A DNA stretch of 64,000 bases, taken from an uncultured delta proteobacterium (lineage in GTDB: Bacteria; Desulfobacterota; Syntrophorhabdia; Syntrophorhabdales; WCHB1-27). Below, in pieces: positions 1-7,999 of the stretch (positions are counted from its first letter, which is position 1; every line of letters starts with the position of its first letter). Below the pieces are notes generated by a model, which was not told the origin of the DNA, ran no database searches, and saw nothing but the letters and a program-made list of their open reading frames with translations. The stretch is from contig CAWGRP010000007.1 in NCBI GenBank assembly GCA_963825005.1, positions 104,045 to 168,044 on the forward strand. The letters run 5' to 3'. The position numbers and the translations under genes were made by a program.

Positions 1-139
1 GTGCCTGTTTTTCAAAAATTCTAACGAGATGGCCGAAAGATTCAAGCCTGATTGGAAAGCGTTCATAGTGTTGACAGCCGGAGCGTATGCCGTGCTGCAT
101 ATGGGCGAGATGAAGGAGTTCGTCTATCGGTTCTTCTGA
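1..139 (+). CDS. partial CDS (3' end only); possibly MBOAT/AlgI/DltB-type membrane O-acyltransferase
   Basis: Frame 2 is open from the window edge to TGA 137-139. The tail ...KAFIVLTAGAYAVLHMGEMKEFVYRFF is hydrophobic and ends like the aromatic C-terminus common in MBOAT proteins. Only ~45 codons are visible, so the family call is tentative. Confidence 0.35.
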   Translation, partial: CLFFKNSNEMAERFKPDWKAFIVLTAGAYAVLHMGEMKEFVYRFF

Positions 140-146
140 GGATCTG

Positions 147-1214
147 ATGAAGCGCTACAGGAAGTGGTTCTTTACCGGTCTGATCATACTGGCAGTGGAG
201 TTCAGTTTAGTCGCGCTTTTGAACTACATTGTCGACCCGAGCGGCTTTTTCAGGTACGCGACCTGGCGGCACGATGTTTCTCATCAGTTTCTGCTGGTGA
301 ACATGAATTTCGTTAAAACCCGCTATATTGCTCAAAATCCGCATAAGTTCGACTGCCTTATCTTCGGCTCCTCAAGGGCCAACGCTATCGATGTGAGAAG
401 GCTCAAGGAAGCTAACTGTTACAACATGTTCATAGGAGCCGGTCTTCCGCGCTATTACCTCGACAATCTACGCTATATACTGGAGAAGGGAGCCAAACCC
501 AAGTTAGTCATGATAGGCCTCGACGAATTCTCTTACAAGAATGACCCGGCAGAGGAGTTCACGGATTACGTTAGATATCCCTATCCCCCGGCGGTGCATC
601 AGAACAGAGTGCTATTCTATCTGAAATATCTTGTTCGTTATTCATCGAGAAGCATGAAGGAATCGTTCGAAGGGTACGAGGGCAAGAAGCCGCCAATTCC
701 GTACGATCATGATACGGGCCTCATGATACCGGACCCCAAGGTAGAGGAAGCGATTGACGCAGACCCGATTACATATGCTAAAGATCCGAGATTTCAGCAA
801 CCCTTCGCGTCAAGCGGGGACAGGATGGATGCGGCGCTGGAGGAGATCAGGGAAACGGTGGATCTCCTGAAAGCGCACGGAATACGGCCGATCGTCTTCA
901 TGGATCCCATCCACAAAACCACCTACCTGGCTACAGGCCTGGAGAGATTCCTCCTGTTCGAAAAAGAATTGAGCAAAATTACGAGTTTCTACGACTTCAG
1001 CGGCTTGAACTCCATTACTACCAACAACGCCTATTACCTTGAAACCTCTCACTTCACGTTCAAGGCCGGCGCGCTAATTCTTGCCCGCATACTCAACATC
1101 GGCGTCAAGGTACCTGCCGACTTCGGTGTGCTGGTAACCAGGGAGAATATTGACGAGCACCTTGCTTACCTGAGGAGCCAGGTCGCAGGCCTCGGATCAC
1201 AAGTCAAATGGTAG
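147..1214 (+). CDS. membrane-anchored hypothetical protein, tandem paralog 1 (tentatively a DltD/SGNH-like partner of the upstream acyltransferase)
   Basis: 355-aa ORF starting 8 nt after the upstream stop. N-terminal TM helix WFFTGLIILAVEFSLVALL; LIFGSSRANAID serine motif. Homologous over its full length to 1531..2601. Confidence 0.8.
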   Translation: MKRYRKWFFTGLIILAVEFSLVALLNYIVDPSGFFRYATWRHDVSHQFLLVNMNFVKTRYIAQNPHKFDCLIFGSSRANAIDVRRLKEANCYNMFIGAGLPRYYLDNLRYILEKGAKPKLVMIGLDEFSYKNDPAEEFTDYVRYPYPPAVHQNRVLFYLKYLVRYSSRSMKESFEGYEGKKPPIPYDHDTGLMIPDPKVEEAIDADPITYAKDPRFQQPFASSGDRMDAALEEIRETVDLLKAHGIRPIVFMDPIHKTTYLATGLERFLLFEKELSKITSFYDFSGLNSITTNNAYYLETSHFTFKAGALILARILNIGVKVPADFGVLVTRENIDEHLAYLRSQVAGLGSQVKW

Positions 1215-1240
1215 AATGGCGGGCTGCTTTTTGCGCTTTA

Positions 1241-1363
1241 TACCGATTCGCAATCAAGATGGAGACCGAGGCGGCAGCAAGGAGCCGACGAAGGCGTACT
1301 ACTAGTACGTCGAGGAAAGCGACGCAGGGACAACGAAGGTATACGATTGATGGCGAATCGGTA
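1241..1363 (+). mobile_element. family-A MITE-like element, copy A1 (short subtype)
   Basis: Ends TACCGATTCGCAATCAAG... and ...TTGATGGCGAATCGGTA are inverted repeats. Flanked by TTA (1238-1240) and TTA (1364-1366). Near-identical to the reverse complement of 28025..28148. Confidence 0.8.
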
Positions 1364-1366
1364 TTA

Positions 1367-1483
1367 CTTCGTTGCCCGTCAGCCTGTTCTGCTCGACGCA
1401 CCCCAAGGTACGCCTACGCAGACCAGCCTTCGGAGCGCCTAGGGCACCCGGCCGAAGGCTGGGTCATGCATCAAAATTGAGCT
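1367..1483 (-). mobile_element. family-A element, copy A2 (long subtype, outer terminus degenerate)
   Basis: The reverse complement carries the blocks GACCCAGCCTTCGGCCGGGTGCCC, GGCGTACCTTGGGGTGCGTCGAG and GGGCAACGAAG, shared with 11898..12042 and 29355..29504. It abuts A1 head-to-head. Confidence 0.6.
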
Positions 1484-1530
1484 CGCCACTATCCGCAGGC
1501 TTGTATATGGGCGACATTCTGGGCATGTTA

Positions 1531-2601
1531 ATGAAGCGGTACAGAAAATGGTTCTTTACCGGTCTGATCATGCTGGCAGTAGAGCTCTGCTTTGTGGCGC
1601 TCTTCAACTATGTTGTCGACCCGAGAGGCTTCTTCAGGTATGGAACCTGGCGGCACGACGTTTTACATCAGTTTATCGAACCGGACAAGAATTTTATCAA
1701 GACCCGTTATGTGGCCCTCAACCCGCAGAGATACAACTGCCTTATCTTCGGCTCCTCAAGGGTGAACGCTATCGATGGAAGGCTGGCGAAGAACGCGGTC
1801 TGCTACAACATGACTTTCGGACAAGGCCTGCCGCGCAATTACCTGGACAGCCTCCGCTATCTGGTGACGAAACAGGTCCGGCCCAAATTAGTCCTGATAG
1901 GCCTTGACGAATTCTCTTACAAGTATGACCCGGCAGAGCATACGGATTTCCTGAGGCACCCCTATCCACCGGCAGTGCATCAGAACAGGGTATTATTCTA
2001 TCTGAAATATCTTGTTCGTTATTCGTCAAGAAGCATGAAGGAACCGCTTGAAGGGTTCGAAGGTAAGAGGCAGCCGATTCGGTATGATCATTACGGTACC
2101 GGACTTGAGATGCCCGATCCCGCGGTAGAAAAAGCGATCGAGGCGGACCCGATTACGTATGCCAAAGATGCAAAGTTTCGGGAGCCCTTCATTACACCAG
2201 GGGACAGGATGGATGCAGCGCTGGAGGAGATCAGGGAGACGGTGGATCTCCTGAACGCGCACGGGATACCGCTGATCGTCTTCATAAACCCTATTCACAA
2301 GGAAACCTACCTGGCCACAGGCCTGGACAAATTATTTCTGTTCGAAAAAGAATTGAGCAAAATTACCAGCTTCTATGATTTCAGCGGCTTGAACTCTATC
2401 ACCACCAACAATTATTACTACTACGAAACTTCGCATTACAGGCAGAAGGCTGGCGCCTTAATGATTGCCCGCATATTCAACGACACGAGCGTCAAGGTGC
2501 CTGACGACTTCGGTGTGCTGGTAACCAGGGAGAATATTGACGAGCATCTTGCTTACCTGAGGAGCCAGGTTGCCCATTTAGGCTCAGCAGTGAAGTGGTA
2601 G
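1531..2601 (+). CDS. membrane-anchored hypothetical protein, tandem paralog 2
   Basis: ATG at 1531 gives MKRYRKWFFTGLIMLAVELCF..., colinear with paralog 1. The 53 upstream codons of track ORF 1372..2601 are a translation of the family-A repeats and are not credible coding sequence. Confidence 0.8.
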   Translation: MKRYRKWFFTGLIMLAVELCFVALFNYVVDPRGFFRYGTWRHDVLHQFIEPDKNFIKTRYVALNPQRYNCLIFGSSRVNAIDGRLAKNAVCYNMTFGQGLPRNYLDSLRYLVTKQVRPKLVLIGLDEFSYKYDPAEHTDFLRHPYPPAVHQNRVLFYLKYLVRYSSRSMKEPLEGFEGKRQPIRYDHYGTGLEMPDPAVEKAIEADPITYAKDAKFREPFITPGDRMDAALEEIRETVDLLNAHGIPLIVFINPIHKETYLATGLDKLFLFEKELSKITSFYDFSGLNSITTNNYYYYETSHYRQKAGALMIARIFNDTSVKVPDDFGVLVTRENIDEHLAYLRSQVAHLGSAVKW

Positions 2602-2612
2602 AATGGCGGGCA

Positions 2613-3917
2613 TCAGGTGCCACTGATTTTCAAGTCGGTAATATACACAGTAGGTGCCCCGTAGGGTCCGTAAAACCTGAGATCATTCCCCACGGCCTTG
2701 ATGTTCTTCAGCAGTTCAAAAACATTTCCTGAAAAGATGACACCTTTGAACGGGCTCTCTTGCCCGTTTTTGCGGATGAGTCCCAGAGCCCCGACTGAGA
2801 AATCGCCGGTGACCGGGTTGGCAGTATGCGTGCCCATCAGCTCTTCGATAATGATGCCATCCTGGAAGGCGCTCGCCACGTCTTCGGCGCCTTTCTCAAT
2901 GTAAAATCCGCGCGGAGAGCACTTCGGCGGCTCTCTGAGTCCAGGTCTGACCCCGTTTCCGGTTGAGGGTTTGGACAGCTTGCGTCCGTAATATACATCG
3001 AACAGGAACCCCTGAAAATAGCCTTCCCGAACCACTACATTTTCCTGCGAAGGCACACCTTCACCATCGAAGGGGAAGCTGCCCATGCCTGCCAATCCCG
3101 AATCCGTAATAGTGAGAATCGGCGAAAAACACTGTTTGCCCTGCTTCTCTTTGAGCCACGTCTTGTCCTTGTCCAGGCTCTCGCCGAGGAAGGAGGGCGC
3201 AATCACGTCCAGCATGTCGCATGTTGCGCCGGGCGTCAACAGGCCCTCGTAGGCACCCGTCTTAAGCACCTTGCCGTCGAGAAAGGAGATTGCCTTCTCG
3301 GCGATCCGCCGTCCCAATGATGCGGGTTCCAGCTCTTCGAGCTTATGGCCCCACGACCAGTCATACCAGGATACCTCTTCACCGTTTGCCGCAACGGCAA
3401 GACCGCCCAACGTGTATATAGTTTTTCGCGCTTCCGCCTGTAACCCGTTTGCGTTGAAAATCGCCGACTCGATCGTCACCTCCTGCAGTTCGCAGTTCCG
3501 AGTCTGCTTTATTCTCCGATCATGATCGAGAATGGCTCGCTCCAGCGTGAGCACGCGCGCTGTTTTCTCGCTGTCATCTGTTTCAACTCCTGCCGTATCA
3601 TACGCCTCGAAGGCGGGATAGGCGCCGTACTTCCCGGGGAATACCGCATGCTCGTCCCGCTCCATGAAAGGAACAAGCGAGGCTGCGTTTTCTATCAGGG
3701 CGGAGGCAGCCTTATCTCCGGTCTCGTGCGTGTATGAAAAGACCAGTCGATGATCCTTTATTGCGCGAAGCGCTATACCTTCTTCTTCTCTGAATACCAG
3801 ACTGTAGAGCTCGCGCTCGAAGCTCTCATATTTTTTCGTCCGCTCTTTCAGAAAGCAGACCTCGTAACTGTCGAAAGCCTTCTTTAACGCGCGAACCAGT
3901 TGCTCTTTTTCGATCAC
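2613..3917 (-). CDS. TldD/PmbA family metalloprotease
   Basis: Family-typical C-terminal region ...HTANPVTGDFSVGALGLIRKNG. GTG at 3917 is preceded by GGAGAG (taGGAGAGcaatcGTG) and is preferred over the track start at 3956, which overlaps the upstream gene. Confidence 0.85.
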   Translation of the reverse strand: MIEKEQLVRALKKAFDSYEVCFLKERTKKYESFERELYSLVFREEEGIALRAIKDHRLVFSYTHETGDKAASALIENAASLVPFMERDEHAVFPGKYGAYPAFEAYDTAGVETDDSEKTARVLTLERAILDHDRRIKQTRNCELQEVTIESAIFNANGLQAEARKTIYTLGGLAVAANGEEVSWYDWSWGHKLEELEPASLGRRIAEKAISFLDGKVLKTGAYEGLLTPGATCDMLDVIAPSFLGESLDKDKTWLKEKQGKQCFSPILTITDSGLAGMGSFPFDGEGVPSQENVVVREGYFQGFLFDVYYGRKLSKPSTGNGVRPGLREPPKCSPRGFYIEKGAEDVASAFQDGIIIEELMGTHTANPVTGDFSVGALGLIRKNGQESPFKGVIFSGNVFELLKNIKAVGNDLRFYGPYGAPTVYITDLKISGT

Positions 3918-3927
3918 GATTGCTCTC

Positions 3928-4377
3928 CTAAAGGTTTCTGACCATCGCCATTTCATCGCACATGGGAAACTTGGCGCATTTGATGCAGTCTGTCCATATC
4001 TTCTGCGGCAGCTTCGTCTTATCTATCATGTCAAAGCCTACTTTGCCGAAAAATTCATTCTGGTAGGTGAGGAGAAAAACCCGTTTAATACTGAATTCCT
4101 CTGCTTCTTTCAGGCATGTATCGACCAACGCTCTTCCTGCGCCTCTTTTCCTGAAATCGGGATTCACGCACAGGGAGCGTATCTCTGCCAGATCTTCCCA
4201 GCAGACGTGGAGAGCGCAGGCGCCCACGACCTCGCCCGCCTCTTCATACACGAAGTAATCCCTTATGTTATCGTACAGCTCGGCAAGCGACCGCGAAAGC
4301 ATCTCCCCTTTGGCGGCGCAGTCATTGACCAAGCGGTGAACCGCTTTTATATCGCTAATGCGTGCTTTCCTGAGCAT
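3928..4377 (-). CDS. GNAT family N-acetyltransferase (short ArgA-like type with C-terminal Cys cluster)
   Basis: 149 aa; acetyl-CoA-binding motif VNPDFRKRGAGRAL; C-terminal CIKCAKFPMCDE. Confidence 0.8.
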   Translation of the reverse strand: MLRKARISDIKAVHRLVNDCAAKGEMLSRSLAELYDNIRDYFVYEEAGEVVGACALHVCWEDLAEIRSLCVNPDFRKRGAGRALVDTCLKEAEEFSIKRVFLLTYQNEFFGKVGFDMIDKTKLPQKIWTDCIKCAKFPMCDEMAMVRNL

Positions 4378-5974
4378 TCTGAAGCATCTCCTCTGCCTGA
4401 TCGACTGTCTTCTCGGTGATCTTCACGCCGCCAAGCATGCGGGCGATTTCAAGTATCCGCTCGTCTTTCGCAAGGCCGCGCACTGCCGTCCTTGTTGATC
4501 CCTCCTCCTGGTATTTCTCCACAAGGTAGTGATGGTCGCCGTATGCGGCAATCTGCGGGAGATGTGTGATACAGATCACCTGACTGTTCCGGGCGAGTTC
4601 GTGCAATCTTCTTCCGACGATCTCTGCCACTTTCCCTCCTATCCCCGCGTCGATCTCATCGAATATCATGGTCATCCCGTGCGTGCCGCCGACAATACGC
4701 TTGATGGCGAGCATTACTCTGGACAGCTCTCCGCCTGATGCGACCTTTCTCAAAGGTCTAAGCGGCTCTCCCGGATTTGCGCTCAGAAGAAACTCGATGT
4801 CATCCTTGCCGTCTTCGTCGATTGAGCCTTTCTCCGAGATTACGATTTTGAAACTCACTCCCTTCATTGAGAGCAGTTCCAGCTCCTTTGCCACCTCATC
4901 TTCAATCTGTTTCGCCCCTTTTTTTCTCTCCGTGGAGATATGCTCTGCCCGTTCTGCCACTTCTTTCTGCAGTATAACCCTTCTGTTCTCCAACTCTTCG
5001 AGGTTAGACGAAAGCGTCGTAAGATAAAGGAGGCTATTCCTGGCCCACTGCTCATACTCTTTGATCTCTCTGTGGGTCTTCCCATACTTTTCCTGGAGGC
5101 GTCTGATCCTGTACAATCTGTCTTCCATTGCCTCCAGTTGGTCCGGATCATACACAAATATTTTCTCGTGCTTCTTTATCTCCTCGAGAATCTCCTCCAA
5201 TTCAAAGAAGAGCGCCTCAATCCGCAGACGCAGTTTTTCAATGGCCTCTATTTTACTCACCGGTTTGAGTGCCGAAGCCGCCGTCTTGAGAATGGCGTGT
5301 GCCGAACCATCATCTTCATACAGCCCCTTACTCACGCTGTCGAGAACAGTTTTAATCCTCTCCGCATCTTTGAGGATCGCCAGTCGCTCCTTGATACTCT
5401 CTTCTTCGCCTTCCTGAACGTTCTCCTCTTCTATTTCTTTTATCTGGAACTGCAGGAGGCTTATTTCCTTCTCCCGCCCCTGCACCTCGTTCCTTTTCTT
5501 GTTGAGGACCGCTACGACCTCTCGCAGGTCCTTTACTCTATCTGAAAGAAGTCTCCGTTCTTTCTCGAGCGAAAGCAGACTGTCCAGTATGACAGCGTAA
5601 TGTTCCTTATCCAGAAGGTCCTTGGACTCACCCTGTCCATAAATGCTCGTCAGTTCCGCGCCAAGGCTTTCGAGTCTCTTGCGGGTAACCGGCTGTTCAT
5701 TGATGAAAGCCCTCGATTTACCCTGGTCTCCAATCACACGTTTCAGGATATACTCATCGTCCTCACGGTAGTAATGGCCGACTATCTCAGCCTTGTCCGC
5801 GTCGCACCTGACGATATCCGTGGGTATCTTTGCATTGACGAGGGCGGAAAGAGCGTTGATGATGATCGATTTGCCTGCGCCGGTCTCTCCGGTAATGACA
5901 TTGAGGCCTTCCTTGAACTCGATCTCCAGCTCGTCGATGATAGCGAAGTTCTTCACCCGCAAGAAGGCAAGCAT
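4355..5974 (-). CDS. recN: DNA repair protein RecN
   Basis: 539 aa; N-terminal Walker A GETGAGKS, long coiled-coil middle, C-terminal SGGELSR signature and MIFDEIDAGIGG Walker B. Confidence 0.95.
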   Translation of the reverse strand: MLAFLRVKNFAIIDELEIEFKEGLNVITGETGAGKSIIINALSALVNAKIPTDIVRCDADKAEIVGHYYREDDEYILKRVIGDQGKSRAFINEQPVTRKRLESLGAELTSIYGQGESKDLLDKEHYAVILDSLLSLEKERRLLSDRVKDLREVVAVLNKKRNEVQGREKEISLLQFQIKEIEEENVQEGEEESIKERLAILKDAERIKTVLDSVSKGLYEDDGSAHAILKTAASALKPVSKIEAIEKLRLRIEALFFELEEILEEIKKHEKIFVYDPDQLEAMEDRLYRIRRLQEKYGKTHREIKEYEQWARNSLLYLTTLSSNLEELENRRVILQKEVAERAEHISTERKKGAKQIEDEVAKELELLSMKGVSFKIVISEKGSIDEDGKDDIEFLLSANPGEPLRPLRKVASGGELSRVMLAIKRIVGGTHGMTMIFDEIDAGIGGKVAEIVGRRLHELARNSQVICITHLPQIAAYGDHHYLVEKYQEEGSTRTAVRGLAKDERILEIARMLGGVKITEKTVDQAEEMLQNAQESTH

Positions 5975-5978
5975 AGAC

Positions 5979-6848
5979 TCACCGCTCTCCCCACTTCAGC
6001 TTGGTGCGCAGCACCTCAAAGTATCCTTTTGACGCGGAGGTGATCAGGTTAACGGCATACGAAGATTTCTTGACCGTGACTTCGTCTCCGAATTCCAGAG
6101 GAAATCCTATCTGGCCGTCGAGAGTGAGAATAACCCTTTCGTCTCTGGAGAGCAGTTTTGCTCTCAGGGCAGCCTCCCCGGGCAAGAGTATCGGCCGGTT
6201 GGTGAGCATGTGCGGGCATATCGGCGTCACCACAATGTGCGTGAGGGACGGGTGGAGAATGGGACCGCCCGCAGCCAGCGAATATCCTGTTGAGCCTGTT
6301 GCAGTCGAGAGAATGAGTCCGTCAGCCCTGTATGTGGTCAGGTACTCATCATCCACGAAGGTTTCTACATCGATTATTCTGGCGAGCGCATCCTTTGTAA
6401 TCACCGCATCATTAAGAACCGACAGATCAAAGACAAGCTCCGTATTGCGCCTGACCGAAACGCTCAGCATACTGCGGCGGGAGAGGCTATAACGGCCTTG
6501 CATAACAGAGAGGAGCATGTCAGGCAGCTCTTCGAGCGATGTCTCGGTCAGAAATCCGAGACCGCCAAGATTCACTCCAAGTATGGGGACTTCTCTTCCC
6601 TTGAGCTGGCGGGCAACTGAAAGCAGCGTGCCGTCGCCTCCCAGGACGATAATGAGGCCGGCCCCTTCTCCCACATGCTCAAGCTCGAATGCTTTCCCAT
6701 GTCCGATCTCCCGAGCCGTTTCCTCATCGAGCAGGACCTCGGTCGTTCCGCTGAATCTCGCTATGATCTCCTGTGCGACAGCTTGAGCATCCTCCTTCTT
6801 GCGTTTACAGACGATGTGTATGTGCTTCATCGGGTCCAATCGGTCCAT
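5979..6848 (-). CDS. nadK: NAD+ kinase
   Basis: 289 aa with GGDGTLL motif and TGSTGYSLAAGGPI. The nadK-recN arrangement is common. GAAGGAGAG lies upstream of ATG 6848. Confidence 0.9.
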   Translation of the reverse strand: MDRLDPMKHIHIVCKRKKEDAQAVAQEIIARFSGTTEVLLDEETAREIGHGKAFELEHVGEGAGLIIVLGGDGTLLSVARQLKGREVPILGVNLGGLGFLTETSLEELPDMLLSVMQGRYSLSRRSMLSVSVRRNTELVFDLSVLNDAVITKDALARIIDVETFVDDEYLTTYRADGLILSTATGSTGYSLAAGGPILHPSLTHIVVTPICPHMLTNRPILLPGEAALRAKLLSRDERVILTLDGQIGFPLEFGDEVTVKKSSYAVNLITSASKGYFEVLRTKLKWGER

Positions 6849-7040
6849 CTATCGTTATCTCTCCTTCAACTACATCGCCGATTCCTCGAACCGACGAAAT
6901 AGATCGCGCTTTTTCACCTACATCCTTACCAGAAGAAGCAACCCATTGTCAAAGTCATCTACGACCTTGTCTAGGCAAAATAGAAATGTCCGGTTCTTAG
7001 CAGTTCGGGACCCCGGACCCCGGCCCCTGGACCCTGTCTT

Positions 7041-7736
7041 CTACATCAGCCCCCTTTCCTTGAAGCTGACAAAGTCTTTGGTTGTCACGATGATATGGTC
7101 CAGCACCTCTATCCCGAGCAGCCTGCCGGCTTCCACCAGCCGCTGCGTGAGCCTCACGTCGTCCTCAGAGGGTTCGGGGTTGCCCGATGGATGGTTATGC
7201 GCCAGCACTACCGAAGAAGCGCTGCGGGCGATCGCACTTTTGAATACCTCTCTCGGATGCACCAGGCTTGCGTTTGCTGTGCCCACGGAGATGGTATAGA
7301 TACCCATCACCCTATTGCGTACGTTAAGCACGACGAGCTTGAAGTGTTCCCTTGCTTTATCCTGAATATCTGCCCTGACAGCTTTCACCACGCTTTGCGG
7401 GCTGGTAAGCTCATATTTGGGCGGCTCGTCCTCGATGTCCTGCCTCCTGCCGAGCTCGAAGCAGGCCTTGAGCTGCGCCGCCTTGGCCGGACCTATGCCG
7501 CTGATTGCAGACAACTCCTCGACGGTCGCCTCGCTGACACCTTTGATATTCTTGAACCGTCTCAGCAGTTCCTGTGCAATAATCAACGCAGATTTTCCTG
7601 CCACGCCCCGGCCGATTACCAGAGCAAGCAGTTCATGACCGGACAGCGCGTGCGCGCCAAATTTTTTGAGGCGTTCCCGCGGCCTTTCCTCGGCGGGTAA
7701 ATCGTGTATGGTGAAAGAATTCTCGATGTCCGACAT
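7041..7736 (-). CDS. radC: RadC-family JAB/MPN domain protein
   Basis: MSDIENSFTIHDLPAEERPRERL... N-terminus, HhH region and C-terminal HNHPSGNPEPSEDD JAMM motif. ATG 7736 is chosen over the longer track start because it matches the family N-terminus. Confidence 0.85.
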   Translation of the reverse strand: MSDIENSFTIHDLPAEERPRERLKKFGAHALSGHELLALVIGRGVAGKSALIIAQELLRRFKNIKGVSEATVEELSAISGIGPAKAAQLKACFELGRRQDIEDEPPKYELTSPQSVVKAVRADIQDKAREHFKLVVLNVRNRVMGIYTISVGTANASLVHPREVFKSAIARSASSVVLAHNHPSGNPEPSEDDVRLTQRLVEAGRLLGIEVLDHIIVTTKDFVSFKERGLM

Positions 7737-7878
7737 GGGCGTGCTTGAACAATTATAGCTGATAACATTGCGATTACAAAGAAATTGTTTAATTGGTTGC
7801 ATTGGTTGGATCGGTTCTATTGTGTCAACTAATGGAACTGCTAAGACGACACCTAAATACCGGAACACCTTTCGCAGC

Positions 7879-7941
7879 CGTCATTCCGGCGGACGCCGGA
7901 ATCCAGTCATCTCTGGATGCCGGATCGAGTCCGGCATGACG
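7879..7941 (+). repeat. family-D REP-like element, copy D1 (perfect cloverleaf palindrome)
   Basis: The 63-nt element is CGTCAT | TCCGGCG GA CGCCGGA | ATCCAG TCATCT CTGGAT | GCCGGA TCGAG TCCGGC | ATGACG. That is an outer stem enclosing three hairpins with no unpaired junction bases. The core GTCATTCCGGCG...CGCCGGAATCCAG recurs inverted at 30360..30425. Confidence 0.8.
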
Positions 7942-7999
7942 AACTATTTAGTCGCCGTCTTAATAATTAAACTAACGAAACCAACAAAACAGACTTGAT

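Noticed and set aside
7041-7736. RadC as a marker of a mobile element or anti-restriction island.
   Set aside because: It is embedded in a conserved housekeeping string (uvrB-uvrC-radC-nadK-recN), and no integrase, conjugation or phage genes are nearby.
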